From positions 26,846,001 to 26,910,000 of the forward strand of contig OZ024755.1 of the NCBI GenBank assembly GCA_964016885.1: a stretch of 64,000 bases of DNA, given 5' to 3'. The DNA comes from Eledone cirrhosa. Its lineage: Eukaryota. How positions within the stretch are numbered: the stretch's first letter is position 1; each line of letters begins with the position of its first letter. The position numbers and the translations under genes were made by a program. Of the stretch, positions 51,376-63,511 are shown in pieces. The notes under the pieces were generated by a model. That model worked only from the letters and a program-made list of their open reading frames with translations. It was not told the DNA's origin and did not search any database.

Positions 51376-51450
51376 CTTTAACGATTAGGATAAAAGAGAA
51401 AAATGTATTTTCGACCTTCTGTTGTGTTTTATACGATTTCCCTCTATATA

Positions 51451-51665
51451 CAGGGTGGCCCGAACGTCTTGTCACCCCTACCAAAAGGTAATGAGAAACA
51501 GTTTATGTTCCCATCGCAGTATCGTCCTCTTCGGAGGAGCTGGTTTGCTGAATCTTGCAGTAAAATTATGAAGCACATCCTCCATGCTCTTGCCAGAATG
51601 CACGCAATCCTGTGTCCATACACTTGCAAGCAGCCTCTCTTCCAAACTGTAGGAGCTCTGAAATA
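51451..51665 (-). mobile_element. Tc1/mariner-type deletion relic with an N-terminal HTH (DUF4817-like) coding fragment
   Basis: TA|CAGGGTGGCCC terminus; minus-strand 51657-51478 translates to SSYSLEERLLASVW...FTARFSKPAPPKRTILRWEHKLF. Confidence 0.65.
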
Positions 51666-51692
51666 CAAAAAATTATATTATTATTATTATAT

Positions 51693-52545
51693 CCCGTCTT
51701 TCATCCTTACGGGGTCGATAAAATAAAGTACCAGTATTGTACTTACTGGGTAATTGCTGGCCTTGTCCAAAAGTAGAAACAATTATTATTATACATTATA
51801 ATAATTGTTTCTACTTTTGGCACAATGCCAGCAATTATCCCGGAGCATTACTGGTACTTTATTTTATCGACCCCGTAAGGATGAAAAGCAAAGTTAACCT
51901 CGGCGGGATTTGAACTCAGAACGTAAAGGGCCATATATTATAATAATTGTTTATACTTTTGGCACAAGGCCAGCAATTATTCCAGTGTATTACTGGTACT
52001 TTATTTTATCGACCCCGTAAGGATGAAAAGCAAAGTTAACCTCGGCGGGATTTGAACTCAGAACGTAAAGGGCCATATATTATAATAATTGTTTATACTT
52101 TTGGCACAAGGCCAGCAATTATCCCAGTGTATTACTGGTACTTTATGTTATCGACCCCGTAAGGATGAAAAGCAAAGTTAACCTCGGCGGGATTTGAACT
52201 CAGAACGTAAAGGGCCATATATTATAATAATTGTTTATACTTTTGGCACAAGGCCAGCAATTATCCCAGTGTATTACTGGTACTTTATTTTATCGACCCC
52301 GTTAGGATGAAAGGCAAAGTTAACCTCGACGGGATTTGAACTCAGACCGTAAAGGGTGGTGGATTGGCAGTATCGGTAGAGGGTCGGACGCCATGCTTTG
52401 CAGCAAAGAGTTACCGCCCTTTATGGTCTGAGTTCAAATCCCGCCGAGGTTAACTTTGTCTTTCATCGTTACGGGGTCGATAAAATAAAGTACCAGTAAT
52501 ACACTGCGATAATTGCTGGCCTTGTGCCAAAAAGTAGAAACAACT
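51693..52545. repeat. SINE-derived array: four minus-strand 142-bp units bracketed by plus-strand copies
   Basis: Unit starts at 51801, 51943, 52085 and 52227; plus-strand copies at about 51693-51790 and 52356-52545. Confidence 0.9.
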
Positions 52546-52649
52546 ATTGTTACTGTTAATTCATTGTAAAACTATTGTTACTGTTAATTCATACTGTTAA
52601 TTCATTGTTTCATTATTAAATTGTTCACAGTTGACAAAATTGAAGCAAA

Positions 52650-52778
52650 ATGGTGAAGTACGACGACGACGACACACCAGTTTGTAAATCTTTGATGGTA
52701 AAAAGATTTTCAGTATCAGCCTGGGTTGATTATGGCCGAGCTGAATATTATTTGAAGAAAAACGATTGGGATATGAAA
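52650..52778 (+). CDS. Gene 2 coding exon 1 (MVKYDDDDTPVCKSLMVKRFSVSAWVDYGRAEYYLKKNDWDMK)
   Basis: Acceptor ttcacag| at 52630; aaaATGG start context; donor |gtaagt; 129 nt. Confidence 0.78.
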
Positions 52779-55700
52779 GTAAGTCATAGTTTTCATTATA
52801 TTTTGTAAATTACTACATTCATTCTGGGTATTAGTTTGTGTATGTCCATGTCGATGCCTGTATTTATGTTGTATCTCATTATTTTCTGATAAGATAGGTA
52901 CTAGATTGAAATATATGCACCTTTGATGAGTGCACCTGAGCACTGTACACAATAATTTATTTATTATCATTATTATTATTATATATATATAGGGCGGTGG
53001 ATTGGCAGTATCGGTAGAGGGTCGGGCGCCATGCTTTTCAGCAAAGAGTTACGGCCCTTTATGGTCTGAGTTCAAATCCCGCCGAGGTTAACTTTGCCTT
53101 TCATCCTTACGGGGTCGATAAAATAAAGTACCAGTAATACACTGGGATAATTGCTGGCCTTGTGCCAAAAGTATAAAGAATTATTATTATATATATAATG
53201 GGGTTAATATGATTGATTTAACCATTGAAGGTGGTACTCCAGCATGGCCACAGTCCAGTGAGCAGTGATTAGCTGTAGATGAAGACTGTTTTCTTGATAT
53301 GTGATTAGTTAAATACATTGTAGTATTCATTCTGGATCTCAACACTCAGTTCAAATCCCACGAAGGTCAACTTCACTTTTCATAATCTTGGGGTTGATAA
53401 ATCCAGCACTTAACCCTTAAGCATTTACATTACTCTATATTTACTATTATATGTTCATGGTAAAGTCTTTACCTCATAATTATCTCACATATTATCGAAT
53501 CTATGAGATTTTGATATTTATTCTGAGAACAATACCATAACATAAGTATGAGTGGCTGGAAATAGCCAGTTTGAACAAAAAGTTGTGAGAGAATTCTGGC
53601 CAGTTTAAATGCTAAAGAGTTAAAATGAAGGACTGGCAGAATTTTTAGAATGTTGAATGAGTTTCCCTGCAATATCTGATCAAGTTCTTTGCATTCTGAG
53701 TTCAAATTCGAACTGGGTGCTGATGGCCAGGACTAATCACCCAACCACAGGAGTACTATTTAGCCAACTTGGCCAGGTAGACTTAAAATCAGCATAGTTG
53801 CTGGGGCTTCATCCAGTAGTGAATCAAACATGGTTAGGTGAAATTAAAATGAGTATCCATCTCATTATCAGTGGTTTGGTAGTATCGGTAGAGGGTTGGA
53901 CGCCAGGCTTTGCAGCATAGGGTTACGGCCCTTTATGATCTGAGTTCAAATCCTACCGAGGTTAAATTTGCCTTTCATCCTTGAGGGATTGATAAAATAA
54001 AGTACCAGTCACGTACTGGGGTAGATTTAATCGACTTTCCCCTCCCAAAATTGCTGGCCTTGTGCCTATATAAGAAACCATTATTAAATTGGAGTTTGGA
54101 ACATAACAAAAGAAAAGGTTCTCATGTAAAGTTATGATAGATGGTTTTAATTTAGATACATCCATATTAAAGCAAGTGGATTGCTATCATCTTCATTGAT
54201 TATTCATTAAAATCATGATTGTGTTGTTTCCTCTCAGTCTGGCTACCATGATGCTGTAAGGCTCCTGTTCTCTTATCACATATTTTTGTTTATGTATAAT
54301 CATCTATGAGAGAGAGAAAAAAAAAGAAGAAAACCTCCACAAAAAACTGAAATATGACCGGAGCTTGATTCTAAGTGATACATGACTAATATATGAAAAT
54401 TCAATCTTTACCAAGTCTTAATAAATTTATTCTTTTCATTTTTCCATAGGAAGCTAAACGTGACTTCAAAGAGGATGTTAAAAAATATAATAAGGTTGTA
54501 CCAGATAGAATGGTAAGTACATTTTTATATCATTCTAGAAAAATAATTGTTTCTACTTTTGGCACAAGGCCAGCAATTAACAGTACATTACTGGTACTTT
54601 ATTTTATTGACCCCGTAAGGATGAAAGGCAAAGTTAACCTCGGCGGGATTTGAACTCAGAATGGCAAGGGATAATGATATAGTTTCTATTATTGTTTTGT
54701 AGGATAAACGCCGGGAACTGAGAAGATCTATACGTACATCTGAAGAATCTGAAGAAGCGAAACTTGCTATTGGTCAGCGGCTTGCTATTGCAGATGAGAC
54801 AGATATATGCTATTTAATTGAAGGAACTATAGAGTGAGTATTACTTTTTTTATATTTTAATGAAATATTAGGAGTTAGTAATCATCAATTAAAAAAAAAA
54901 AATCAACCCCTTCACCACAAGATTGGAGAATTTCCTAAACTTCAATAGTTTTTGATATATAAACATAGACACTCAATTAATCAAACTGTACAAAAAAAGC
55001 AGAGGCGCTTATAATGTTAGTAGTTAAATATGTGGTAAATGGACAGTTGTTACAGCATCAGATAGAACAAATCATGTATTTGTTCTGCTTTTTCTATGTT
55101 TTGTGTTCAAATTTTACTTTGCTTTTCATTCCTTTGGGGCTGATAAAGAAAGTACTAAACCCCACCATCCAATCTGAGTTACCTTAACCCTTTAGCATTT
55201 AAATCGGTCATATCCAGCCAGAATTCTCTCATCACTTTCTGTTCAAACTGGCCATAACTGACCGCTCAAGCTGTTGTTAAATAACATCAAAATCTCATAG
55301 ATTTGATATTATGTGAGATAATTATGTAAGGTAAAGCCTTTACCACAAAAATAAAATAGTAAATATAGAGTGATGTAAATGTTAAAGGGTTAATATACTT
55401 TTAGATGACATCATTGCTATTTTTGTTGACGTTGCCATAGTTATTTTAGCTTGGGTTGGTGAATATAACATATGATATGAAAATGCATTGCATTTTGATA
55501 AACATAGCTAATTTAACCTAGCAGTGATTCCACCACAGTGTGTTTCATATAAAGAGAAATCTCTCTTTCGATAGTATATTCATCTGCCTAACTAAAATAA
55601 TTAAATCAAAATAATTAATTGCAGCAAAAAGAAAGCAGACACATTCCTGGATTTCCTTTCACTTAAAGGGAATGAAGGACTTAATACAAAAATAAGCTAC

Positions 55701-58700
55701 ACTATTTTGGACAAATGCAACTGGCGATCAAAGGTATTGTATATGCTGAATTTTATAAACTGAAATGATAAACGATGATGACAGGTGGAGTTGAGTTGTT
55801 AAGAAGTTCACTTCATGACCATGTGATTCCAGGTTTAATTCTATTTTACCACTTCTTGGATGAAAGTCTTCTAGCATGGCCCTGGATTGAACAATGCTCC
55901 TTGAGGATAATTTTGGTACACAGAAAATGTGTAGAAGCCTATTTGTGTGTATGTGAAGTGCTAGTGCAGGTGCCATGATAAAAAAGCAGCCAGCCAACCC
56001 TGTAAGGTGGTAGTGCTGGTGCCGCAATAAAAGTGCTCAGCTGACCCCACCCTGTAGGATGGTTGTGCTGGTGCCACGATAAAAAGCACCCAGTCCTCTC
56101 TGTAGGGATGCCACAATAAAATGTAACCAATACATGCTGTAAAGAGGTTGGTGTTAGGAAGAACACCCAGCCATAGGAACCATGCCAAAAGTGGAACATG
56201 AGCAAGATGTTTTCACTTGATCAGACTAATCTCAAAATATGACAATCCATCTAACCACATCTTTCCCATACAGTCCATATTTGGCAGGGTTTCTACAGCT
56301 GGAAGCCTTTTGGAATGCCAACCAATTTATAAAGTGTATCTTGTACATTTTATTGTGGCACTTGCACTTCCACTTTACAGTGTGTTCTGGGTACATTTTT
56401 TCATGACCACTAAAGATGTTGTCATGTGCTTGACTGGACTGAAGATTCTCTCTACTTTATGCTGTCACTGTTTGACCACCAACCACTTTACAGGGTGTAT
56501 TTGATGCATTTTATTGTAACAATAACACTAAAGATGTTCTCAGGTACTTGACAGCTACAGAGAATCTTTCCTCCATATTATTTCAGACTTTCCAAGGAGG
56601 AAGTGTACCAAGTATGTTTTATTGTGACTCCTTAGGTTAACTCATCCAATGCAGAATGAAGAGACCTCTTTACCAATGTAGTCTTCAATCTTTCATCAAA
56701 TTTACTTTTAGTGTCATAGTGCTTGTACTGGTGGCTCTTATTTATTATCGCATATTGCCAGTGAGCTCAGTAATATGTCATTTCTTATATGAGGTTTAAT
56801 TTCTTGAGGTCATTCACTACTTCATCCAATGTCTTCCTTGGTTTTCCTCTCCCGAAGGTTCCATTTACTTTAAGCGCTCAGCAGTTTTTATACAACTTTT
56901 ATTCTCTTTCATTACTTGAACCCCCAACTTACACTCCTATAATCTAGAATCATTAATCTAGTAACTTTAATGTTATCTTTTTTTTATCTCTTTTCTGTAT
57001 TAAAGGCAGCCAAGGAAGTTCTAGATCACAAAGGAATTTCTGAAAAACTTGGAGAAAAAATCAAGCCATTTGATCATTTTCTCTTTGTTGATGGAGTAAC
57101 TATTTGTGAAACACATGAGTGTACAGGACCGTAAGTAAAAGTTATGTGTTTTCTTCTATTAAGTTTTAAGTGTTTTATTGATACATTGAGCGGATTAACA
57201 TGAGGTGTTCATTATTGTGGAGCAGTGTTTCGGGGCAAATTGTGATCCATCCATATCCATCCATATCCAGTTTTGGTCTTTAGGGTTCTGCAGTTGTCTC
57301 GGACTCTGAGGTAGGCAACACCAGGCAATGTCTCACAGCCACTCTCCATGAATTTCTGTCTATAGTATTGACATCGGCCAAGTTCCATTTATACAAATCA
57401 CTCTTTACACACTCCAACCATGTCTTCTTTTCTCTGTCGCGATCTCTAGTGCCAGGGATTGCCAAGTGAGTGATGTTGTTGAAAAAAAGTATATCCAATA
57501 TGATAATGGCACACTTGTTCTCGCCAATGCTGAAAAGAAAGTAGCATAGAAGTGCCATTATGAAAGACTGTTGAATGAGGAGAATACATGGGAGAAAGAT
57601 AGTCTGCCACAAGTCAACCCAACAGAGAGAGCAGCCATATAAGTTACAGCAGTGTAGTAAATAAGGTAATTAAGGATATGAAGACAGACAAATCAGCAGG
57701 ACCATATGGAGGATACAGCTGTATAAAAAGATGCAGGGTGCTCAAAGTCAATGGAAACTATGGATGAGGAAGACCTAGGAAAGTATGGGATGGAGGGATA
57801 AAAACTGACCTTGCCCAATTAAACTTTTCAAAGGAGATGACACAGGATCGAGATCTCTGGTGTTATGTATACCAAAGAAGACCCACCTTCCCATGTGAAC
57901 AGGATGAAACAAACATGTAGAAGACACTAGTCTGCACCAATCTCCCCCCCCCCCCCCGCCCCTAGTCTTAGTACCCCACCCCACTAGCTAAATATCCCAT
58001 CTACCTCATCCATGTTGAACTAGCTTACCTGTTTCTAAACCCTTGCTCTTCACCAGCTTTCCTGCCCAAATGCATGAAAAGCTGATCTCTTACAATGCTA
58101 CTACCACAACAAAAAATACCTAAGTCCGTCTTGTATGGTCATCTGGTGCCACAACTACAAAAACACCCAGTCCACCATGTAAGGTGATTGTATTGGTAAC
58201 ATGACGAGAGACAGCACCTAATCCACCCTTTAAGGTGCTCATAATCCTAGTGACATAAGAGGCTCCCAGTGCACCCTTTAAGATGGTTGTGCTGGTGACA
58301 TGAAAAAAAGCACCCAATCCACTCTGTAAGGTGGTTGTTCTGGTAATACAACAAAAAGCAGCTATTCCACCCTGTTTGATGGTCGTTTTGGTGCCACAAT
58401 AGAAAGCATCCAGTCCACACTGTAATGTGGTTGGCATTAGAAAGGGCATTCAGCCATAGAAAAAAAGCCAAAATACAGATTTTTATGATTGACGTATAGT
58501 CACCTGACTAGACTTGTCATAATTGGACAACTCGTCAAACACATGCAGGCATGGAAAAATAGGCATTAAACAATGATGATGATATATATATATATATCAT
58601 CATTATCATCATTTAACATTCGCATTCCCTGCAAGCAAGTGTTGGATGTTTCTACATAGACCAAGTCAGTACTGAAGCAGAGCTCCTGACCTTCCAGTCA

Positions 58701-61700
58701 GGCCGGGGAGTCTGCATCCTGCTTATGTATGGTCATACATTCTATCAAGTGCAGAGGACTGGTTGTCATATCTTTTGACACAAATTGAAGGATCCTCTCA
58801 ACCCCTTATTCAGAAAGCTTTCTAGGGCTGGATGCAACTATCCCCAAAGGTCCAGCTGCCCTGCCTGTCTTCATATCCTTGATTGTCTTACTTACTATAC
58901 TGCTGCTAACTTGTACAGCCTTTCTATGGGGCAAACTATTTTCTTCCCTTGCCTTTAAGACACTCATGCTTCCCGAAATACGCCAAAATTACACCTGATG
59001 TACCCCTTCCATGCACATGCACACGTGTGTATCATGACTCGTGCACTGTTCATTTTACTGATGTTTGTGCATTGCCCTATGTACTGTACATGCACTTTTT
59101 TGATGAGTTGTGGTGCACCTGGGCACTGTACACAATATTTCATTATTGTTATTGTTATTATATCATGACTCGTACACTGTTCATTTTCCTGACATTTGTA
59201 CATTATTCTATGTACTATACATGCACCTTTGATGAGTTGTAGTGCACCTGAGCACTGTACACAATAATTTCATTATTATTATTATTATTCTCCTCATTCA
59301 GTAACCTTTCATAGTGGCACTTCCATGCTACCTTCTTTTCAGCATCAGTGAGGGCAAGTTTGCCATTATCATCTCAGACACACTTCTTGCCACCATCACC
59401 ACAATTTTCCCTGACACACTGCCTTGCAGTCCTGAACACCTCACGCCTTTGGTTCTCACGCTGCAAAACATGCTTAAATTTTTTATTTTCCATTTCCCTT
59501 GCAAGGTATACTTGTTGCCTAGTTTTTCTCGTAGCATTCTTGTAGACTTCTCTACTACCCCCATTTTACCATTCCTTCCATGTCTGTCTTTTGGCCTTAA
59601 TTGTCTTACCTACCTTACTATTCCACCACCAAGTCACTCTCCTTCTCCCTAGAGACCTACTCCAAGCATAGATTTCATTTGTCGCCTTCAGTTGGTTATC
59701 TTTCAGGAACTCCCACTGCTCCTCTATATCGTATGTCTCTATTTTCTCTTCCTTACTGTCAAAAGCATCAAGCAACATACTTCTAAATTTGTTTCTGGTT
59801 GATGAGTCTTTTAACTTCCATATTCTACTCCTCCAGGTTGTCTTCTGTTGTCAGGTTCTTCTAGCCCTAACTATAAGGTCACTAACTACAAAGTTATGTT
59901 GGGTGGTGCATTATTCACTTGGGAGAGACTTTGTGTTCACAACCCTTACTCTATCTTGTCTCCTGATAAGAATAAAATCTATCTGGCTTGTGTGTTCACC
60001 TGATCTATAAGTGATTAAGTCGTTGCCTCGTTTTTTTGAAGTTTGTGTTACAGATAGATAAGTCATTAGCAGTGCAGAGTTCCAGCAGCCTGAAACCTTC
60101 CTCATTTCTAGCACCAAACCTGTACTCCCGTTGATCCCATTAAAACCCTTGCAGTGTTGCCTGACATGTCCATTAAAGTCTCCTGCAGTGATTATGAGGT
60201 TGCTGTCACTTATTTGGGAAGTAGTATGTATTAGGGACTCATAAAACCTGTCTTTTAGTACATCTGGCAGTCCAGATTGAGGTGCAGATATAATTGACAC
60301 AGTTGCTTATTTAATATAAGTCTAAGTTTAATTATTCTGTCATTTACTCTATTTACAGAAATTACTTTGTCTACCCATTTTTCTGCTACTATATATATAT
60401 ATAACAAAGGAAATGTGGTAAGGAACCAGGTGGACCATAACGCACCAAAGTACTCAATACTTAGGGTAGTAGAGTGGGTAATAGGAACGAGTAGGACCCC
60501 GATGGCTGAGCTCAAGCCGTTTCGACGGCTAATTCTGGACTAAATGAAAATTTTTATCCTGGTATATGAATAGCCGAGCTTCTCAGGGGGTAATTCCATA
60601 TATGGTAAAAGTGATTGTCACAAGGATTGGTCAAAGGTTTGTTGTTGAGACACATAATTCTATCATGGCAATTTGTGGAAGGAAGGGGCAGCTGAACCTG
60701 CCAGTAGAAGAAAGAGGGAGAGGGAGTGGAGGAAACCCAGTCGTGTGTTGATAGTGCCAACTACAGTAGGGCAGGAGGTCAAGCAAGTATACTAGGGAGA
60801 GGGAGGAAGTCAAAACAATAAGTAAATCAATATGGAGTAAATATATAGAAGAATACCAAGAATGTTAAAAATATAAAAAAAAAACAATTTCTGGTTACTA
60901 TTCCCTAACGACAGTCATCAAGTCTCTCACTGGTACTGCTAAACTATAGAAAAGTTTACTAGGTGGGATGGAATTGTAATGAGACCAAATGGTCTCATTA
61001 CAATTCCGTCCCACCTAGTAAAATTCTCAGACCGGGTGATGTGTTGTTTCCTTGAGCAAGACACTTTATTTCACATTGCTCCAGTTTACCCAGATGTAGA
61101 AATGAGATGATGGGGACTGAGGTCCCTATCATTCCACTGTAAAGTGGACGTGTAGGCGCCACGGAAAACAAGCACCCAGCACTCACTGTAAATGAGGTTG
61201 GTGTTGGGAAGGGCATCCATCTGTAGAAATCAAGCCAGAATCAGTTCCCGTCCCACCCTTGCAAGCAGGGAAAAGCGGACGTAAAATGATGATGATGATG
61301 ACATGTGTCGCGCTTTTTGTTCCATATATGAACATAAATAAATAATATATACACACACACACGCCCCATCCCCACTCTCTCATATATGTTTGTTTATTTA
61401 GAGATGATGATTCTGAAATTGAACTTGTGTGGTCAATAAAAAGAAGATATCCAGAGTTATCAAATGGTGAAGTGGCATTTATATTGAGGAAATCAGATTG
61501 GAATTTTCAAGTAAGTTTATCTAAAATTGTATACAATTTATCCCATAAAATGCTGGAGGCGTCATGTTGATGTTAGACCAATATGGCAGAAGCTAATCCA
61601 TGATGTAAGCATCGATATTGAAAACCAAAGGAAGCAGGACAAGAAGAAGAAAAGGACGAAATGACACAACAGACCGGTTCGACTAATATAATGAACAGAT

Positions 61701-63495
61701 TTTGTCATGCTACTAATATAGACTTTTTTTTTTTGTATCATCATCATCGTTTAACGTCCATCTTCCACGCTAGTATAGGTTAGACGAGAATAGTCCCACT
61801 TGAAGCAAGATTGATCGGGTGACCGTGTCTCGCTCATATAGGACTATCTGGCAGGTTTTCTATGGCTGGATGCCCTTCCTAACACCAACCACATTTACAG
61901 TGTGGACTGGGAGCTTTTTACCGTGTTACCTACACAAGTATGTATGGAATTTTATATTTGGCATCTGTAAATGCTTACAAAATATATTGATTAAAGTGTA
62001 GAGTAAAAAATATGACAACAGATTATTACAAAGATTTATAGACTGACCAATGTTTGCTATACTAATGATAAAGATACACATATAGCTAAAGATTATTCTA
62101 TATTGTTATCTTTCCAGGTCGCCTATTATATAAGTGAACTCAATTTTCTCTACAAAGAGAATGGAATTTATCATGAATTGTTCAGGTTTGTGTGCATTTA
62201 ATAATTATTGTTTCTTTTGCTGTCAGAACTTCAGTGGTAATGAAATAGTTGTTATAATGATGTAATTTCTGTTGTAGTGATGTTTATGGAGATAGATTAG
62301 TTATACCAGAGGTATAGTGGTTAATAAGGTTTAGCAAATAAGTAAAGATAGAAAACTATAGGTTAGAATTGGGGAGCCAGTTAGCAGGTTAGAAGATGCT
62401 GTTAAAAAAGCATTGCAATCAACGTGCTTGCAGCATACATGGTACTTGACCATTTCTTCAGCACAAAACATGAAAGTTGAATTGTATGATCTAAGTTAGG
62501 TGTGAGGCATGGAAGCTATTCATTAGGCCCATATGGAGAGGCAGAATATGACAAGAAAGCTGTAATTTAATCCTTGACCATTTCGGGTGTAAACTGTCTC
62601 ATTCCATGAAGATGTGTTCAGTTTTATTGTGACTATTTGCTTTGTTGTCTGAAAGAAGCAGTTAACTGGAAGTAGAGGATTTTAGTTCCAATTGTGATAA
62701 CCTCTAACGAAGGTCAATAAAGGCTGCTGAGATGCAGGAGATACTTTGTAGTTCTGTGAAGAGCAAATTGCTGAGTTTGAATGGCCTTTCCTACAAGCTT
62801 TACAAATACATGTCAGACTTTTCACTACATTATAGGAATCTAATACATCTAATCTAGGGTTTCAGATAATATGTCTCTAAACCTATAGGTGTTTGCTGAA
62901 TCTTCAAGTTTCCATATTTTTTCCTCTCTAGTCTGTCTTATATTTGTCTGTACACCTTGCTTTTACTCTGAAATTGTTAACCACCAGTCAATACTGGGTG
63001 GTGCATTCTTAACCAGGGAAAGACATGGTGTTGAGTGACTAGTAGAACTATTTTCTGAATGTTGTACATGTTTGTCAGTCATATTTCTTTGAAAAATATA
63101 TTTTCATCTGTTGAAAATGATATATCAATTAGAAGGAATTTCTTTTTTTGTTGCTGTTGTTGTCTTTCATGACATCATCTGGTTGATTAAGCTTGATATC
63201 CCTGTCTGTTGTGAGTGTTGACTATACCAGTTTTGTCATTTTCTGATACCTTTTCTGATGTATGCCTATTCCACCTATTTTCTATTGACATTTCATAATT
63301 CTGGTACAACTTCCAGTGTATGTAAATCCAAGCTCTGTTATGTCCATTGATATATTCTTTCTTGGCTAAGATTGATCAGCCAGAAATGATGAGATTGTTG
63401 TTGTTGATGTTGATGATGATGATGTCACTTTTACTTTCAGATTTCAGCTGCATGAGCTATGTAAGTTGCTTGAGGATAAAAAAAAGGAGCTATTG
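52650..63495 (+). CDS. Uncharacterised protein with three UBA/CUE-like repeats; 8 coding exons in the window, probably continuing beyond it
   Basis: Eight GT-AG exons chain with matching phases and no stops (789 nt, 263 aa). Repeated motif YYLKKNDWDMK|EA, TILDKCNWRSK|AA, FILRKSDWNFQ|VA. Confidence 0.8.
52992..53190 (+). mobile_element. Full-length, young-looking family-A SINE
   Basis: Intact GGGCGGTGGATTGGCAG head, B box, core and ATT tail. Further copies at about 29042-29190, 29863-29985, 31650-31873 and 54543-54670 (all minus) and 53870-54085 (plus). Confidence 0.88.
54450..54512 (+). CDS. Gene 2 coding exon 2 (EAKRDFKEDVKKYNKVVPDRM)
   Basis: 63 nt; ttccatag| ... |gtaagt; phase 0-0. Confidence 0.8.
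54703..54833 (+). CDS. Gene 2 coding exon 3 (DKRRELRRSIRTSEESEEAKLAIGQRL...EGTI)
   Basis: 131 nt; ttgtag| ... |gtgagt; phase 0-2. Confidence 0.8.
55183..55393. mobile_element. piggyBac-type MITE
   Basis: TTAA|CCCTTTAGCATTTA ... TAAATGTTAAAGGG|TTAA. Confidence 0.85.
55625..55733 (+). CDS. Gene 2 coding exon 4 (KKKADTFLDFLSLKGNEGLNTKISYTILDKCNWRSK)
   Basis: 109 nt; ttgcag| ... |gtattg; phase 2-0, which is what exons 3 and 5 require; weak polypyrimidine tract. Confidence 0.72.
57006..57130 (+). CDS. Gene 2 coding exon 5 (AAKEVLDHKGISEKLGEKIKPFDHFLFVDGVTICETHECTG)
   Basis: 125 nt; long pyrimidine tract then taaag| ... |gtaagt; phase 0-2. Confidence 0.8.
58945..59289 (+). mobile_element. 5'-truncated CR1 3' end with a duplicated terminal segment (a shorter copy lies at about 52915-52980)
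   Basis: Matches the CR1 end (ctttaag...catgcttcccgaaatacgcc; gagttgtagtgcacctgagcactgtacacaataatttc(att)n). Confidence 0.85.
59290..60390 (-). mobile_element. Degenerate RTE-clade LINE (endonuclease and linker)
   Basis: ISAPQSG, AGDFNGHV, ITYRSGEHTSQIDFIL and TWWWN motifs. Confidence 0.85.
60955..61022. repeat. 33-bp inverted repeat forming a near-perfect hairpin
   Basis: TTTACTAGGTGGGATGGAATTGTAATGAGACCA-AA-TGGTCTCATTACAATTCCGTCCCACCTAGTAAA, with one T/G pair. Confidence 0.92.
61402..61510 (+). CDS. Gene 2 coding exon 6 (DDDSEIELVWSIKRRYPELSNGEVAFILRKSDWNFQ)
   Basis: 109 nt; tatttag| ... |gtaagt; phase 2-0. Confidence 0.8.
62118..62185 (+). CDS. Gene 2 coding exon 7 (VAYYISELNFLYKENGIYHELF)
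   Basis: 68 nt; tttccag| ... AG|gtttgt; phase 0-2. Confidence 0.75.
63441..63495 (+). CDS. Gene 2 coding exon 8 (FQLHELCKLLEDKKKELL)
   Basis: 55 nt; ctttcag| ... |gtgagc; phase 2-0. Confidence 0.68.
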
Positions 63496-63511
63496 GTGAG
63501 CAATTTCTTGT

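Noticed and set aside
52992-53085. tRNA gene
   Set aside because: A and B boxes are present but run into the SINE core and tail and recur many times in the window; it is a SINE head.
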